From Mobula birostris (Eukaryota), in the NCBI RefSeq assembly GCF_030028105.1, contig NC_092379.1, forward strand, positions 26,343,821 through 26,407,820: a stretch of 64,000 nt of DNA, in the 5' to 3' direction. The position numbers and the translations under genes are program-made. Below are positions 63,070 to 64,000 of this stretch, piece after piece. Under the pieces are notes generated by a model. The model saw only the letters and a list, made by a program, of their open reading frames with translations, had not been told where the DNA came from and did no database searches. Position 1 is the stretch's first letter, and each line of letters begins with the position of its first letter.

Positions 63070-64000
63070 GACATGTGTCATTTTTTTTTTAACTTTATGG
63101 TTTTTGGAAAACATGTCATAATTTACTCGCTTATATTTTCACAGGAACAGAAATTTTGACCTGGGTGCCGAAACTCTTGCATACCACTGTACATCCTTTA
63201 TATTCATCTTTCCGAACAGAAGCCAAAATAGAACTCTGTTGAAAGCAAACCCTTGGGCAACATGTTACATATGATGGGAATCCTCGCAGGGAGAGTTTTT
63301 TTTTTTTTTTTGTTAATCTACAAAAGTAAAAAGTACAATTTAGAAGATATTTGCGGACAGCCAAATAGTGGACAAAATTTTACGTACAAATTACAACTGA
63401 GCACAGAAATAAATATAAAAGGACGATGATAGGATTGTCACGTGTGATTTCGAAATGCATGCGATTGGGCAGAATAAGGCTCATGCCTGATTGGAAGATA
63501 TGACATTTGCAGCATGCCAATAAGATTGATATTTCAAATCAGATTCTAGTCCAACCCACTGGAAAAGGGCATTCTGGATAAAATGTCGTGATTTGAAATA
63601 CATTTGATTCGGGAACTTAAGGTCAAGGAAACCGTAACAGTTAATAATAATAAGGAGGGTAGAGCAAATTCAAGATAGCGCTAAAGGCAGACTTATTTGC
63701 TTGCAATTCGGAAACATCTCTATTCTATCTTTAATGTTTCTTCTTTTTTTTTAACTTTTCAAGTTTCTTCCGCAGACCCCGGCGTGGAGTCACAATCTGA
63801 CCTTTGTTTTTTTGCTGGAATGGGACCGGCTCTCAGGGCCGCACGACGGGCTTTTTTTTTTTTTTTGTCATTAATATCCGAAGGACGCTGCATGGAAGAC
63901 TGGTACGCATTTAGGTTCCCCGACAAGTTGTAGGTTCCCCTATAAGCGTGGCTGACGGGTTGATGTTAAGGCCTGTGTCCCGGCCAGATGAGTCACGGGA

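Larger units (their letters stand above)
53465..63191 (+). mobile_element. Tc1/mariner DNA transposon carrying three nested insertions
   Basis: Left TIR catgcaaaagtttgggcacccc (53467) and right TIR gggtgccgaaactcttgcataccactg followed by TA (63163-63191). Transposase pieces: 53772-54152 (TAKDLQEEL, LWTDD), 56764-57049 (DND, SPDL), 61571-61740 (IKNLW; catalytic E mutated). Confidence 0.9.

Overview
Eukaryotic (vertebrate) genomic DNA, repeat-dense, with no prokaryotic features and no CRISPR array. The repeat content (CR1 LINEs with an SGNH-esterase ORF1, Penelope-like GIY-YIG elements, PNMA-gag Gypsy elements) and the style of the V genes suggest a cartilaginous fish, probably a ray; this is inference. 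The window is part of an antigen-receptor V-gene array, most like a T-cell receptor alpha/delta locus. It holds one apparently intact V segment (leader 41100-41145, V exon 41260-41566, canonical 23-bp RSS). It also holds one clear V pseudogene split by a CR1 insertion just before YYC with its 23-RSS retained (8899-10468), and several heavily decayed V relics on both strands. Two of the relic regions form an inverted ~1.4 kb paralogous pair that may contain a tandem V + leaderless V unit. The rest is nested transposons: CR1s inside Gypsy and Tc1, an inverted Penelope pair inside a CR1, a solo LTR inside Tc1, and a BEL/Pao relic. A ~400-440 bp tandem triplication at 33.8-34.9 kb reads like decayed ankyrin repeats on the minus strand. 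All alignments were done by eye; the degenerate V calls are tentative.
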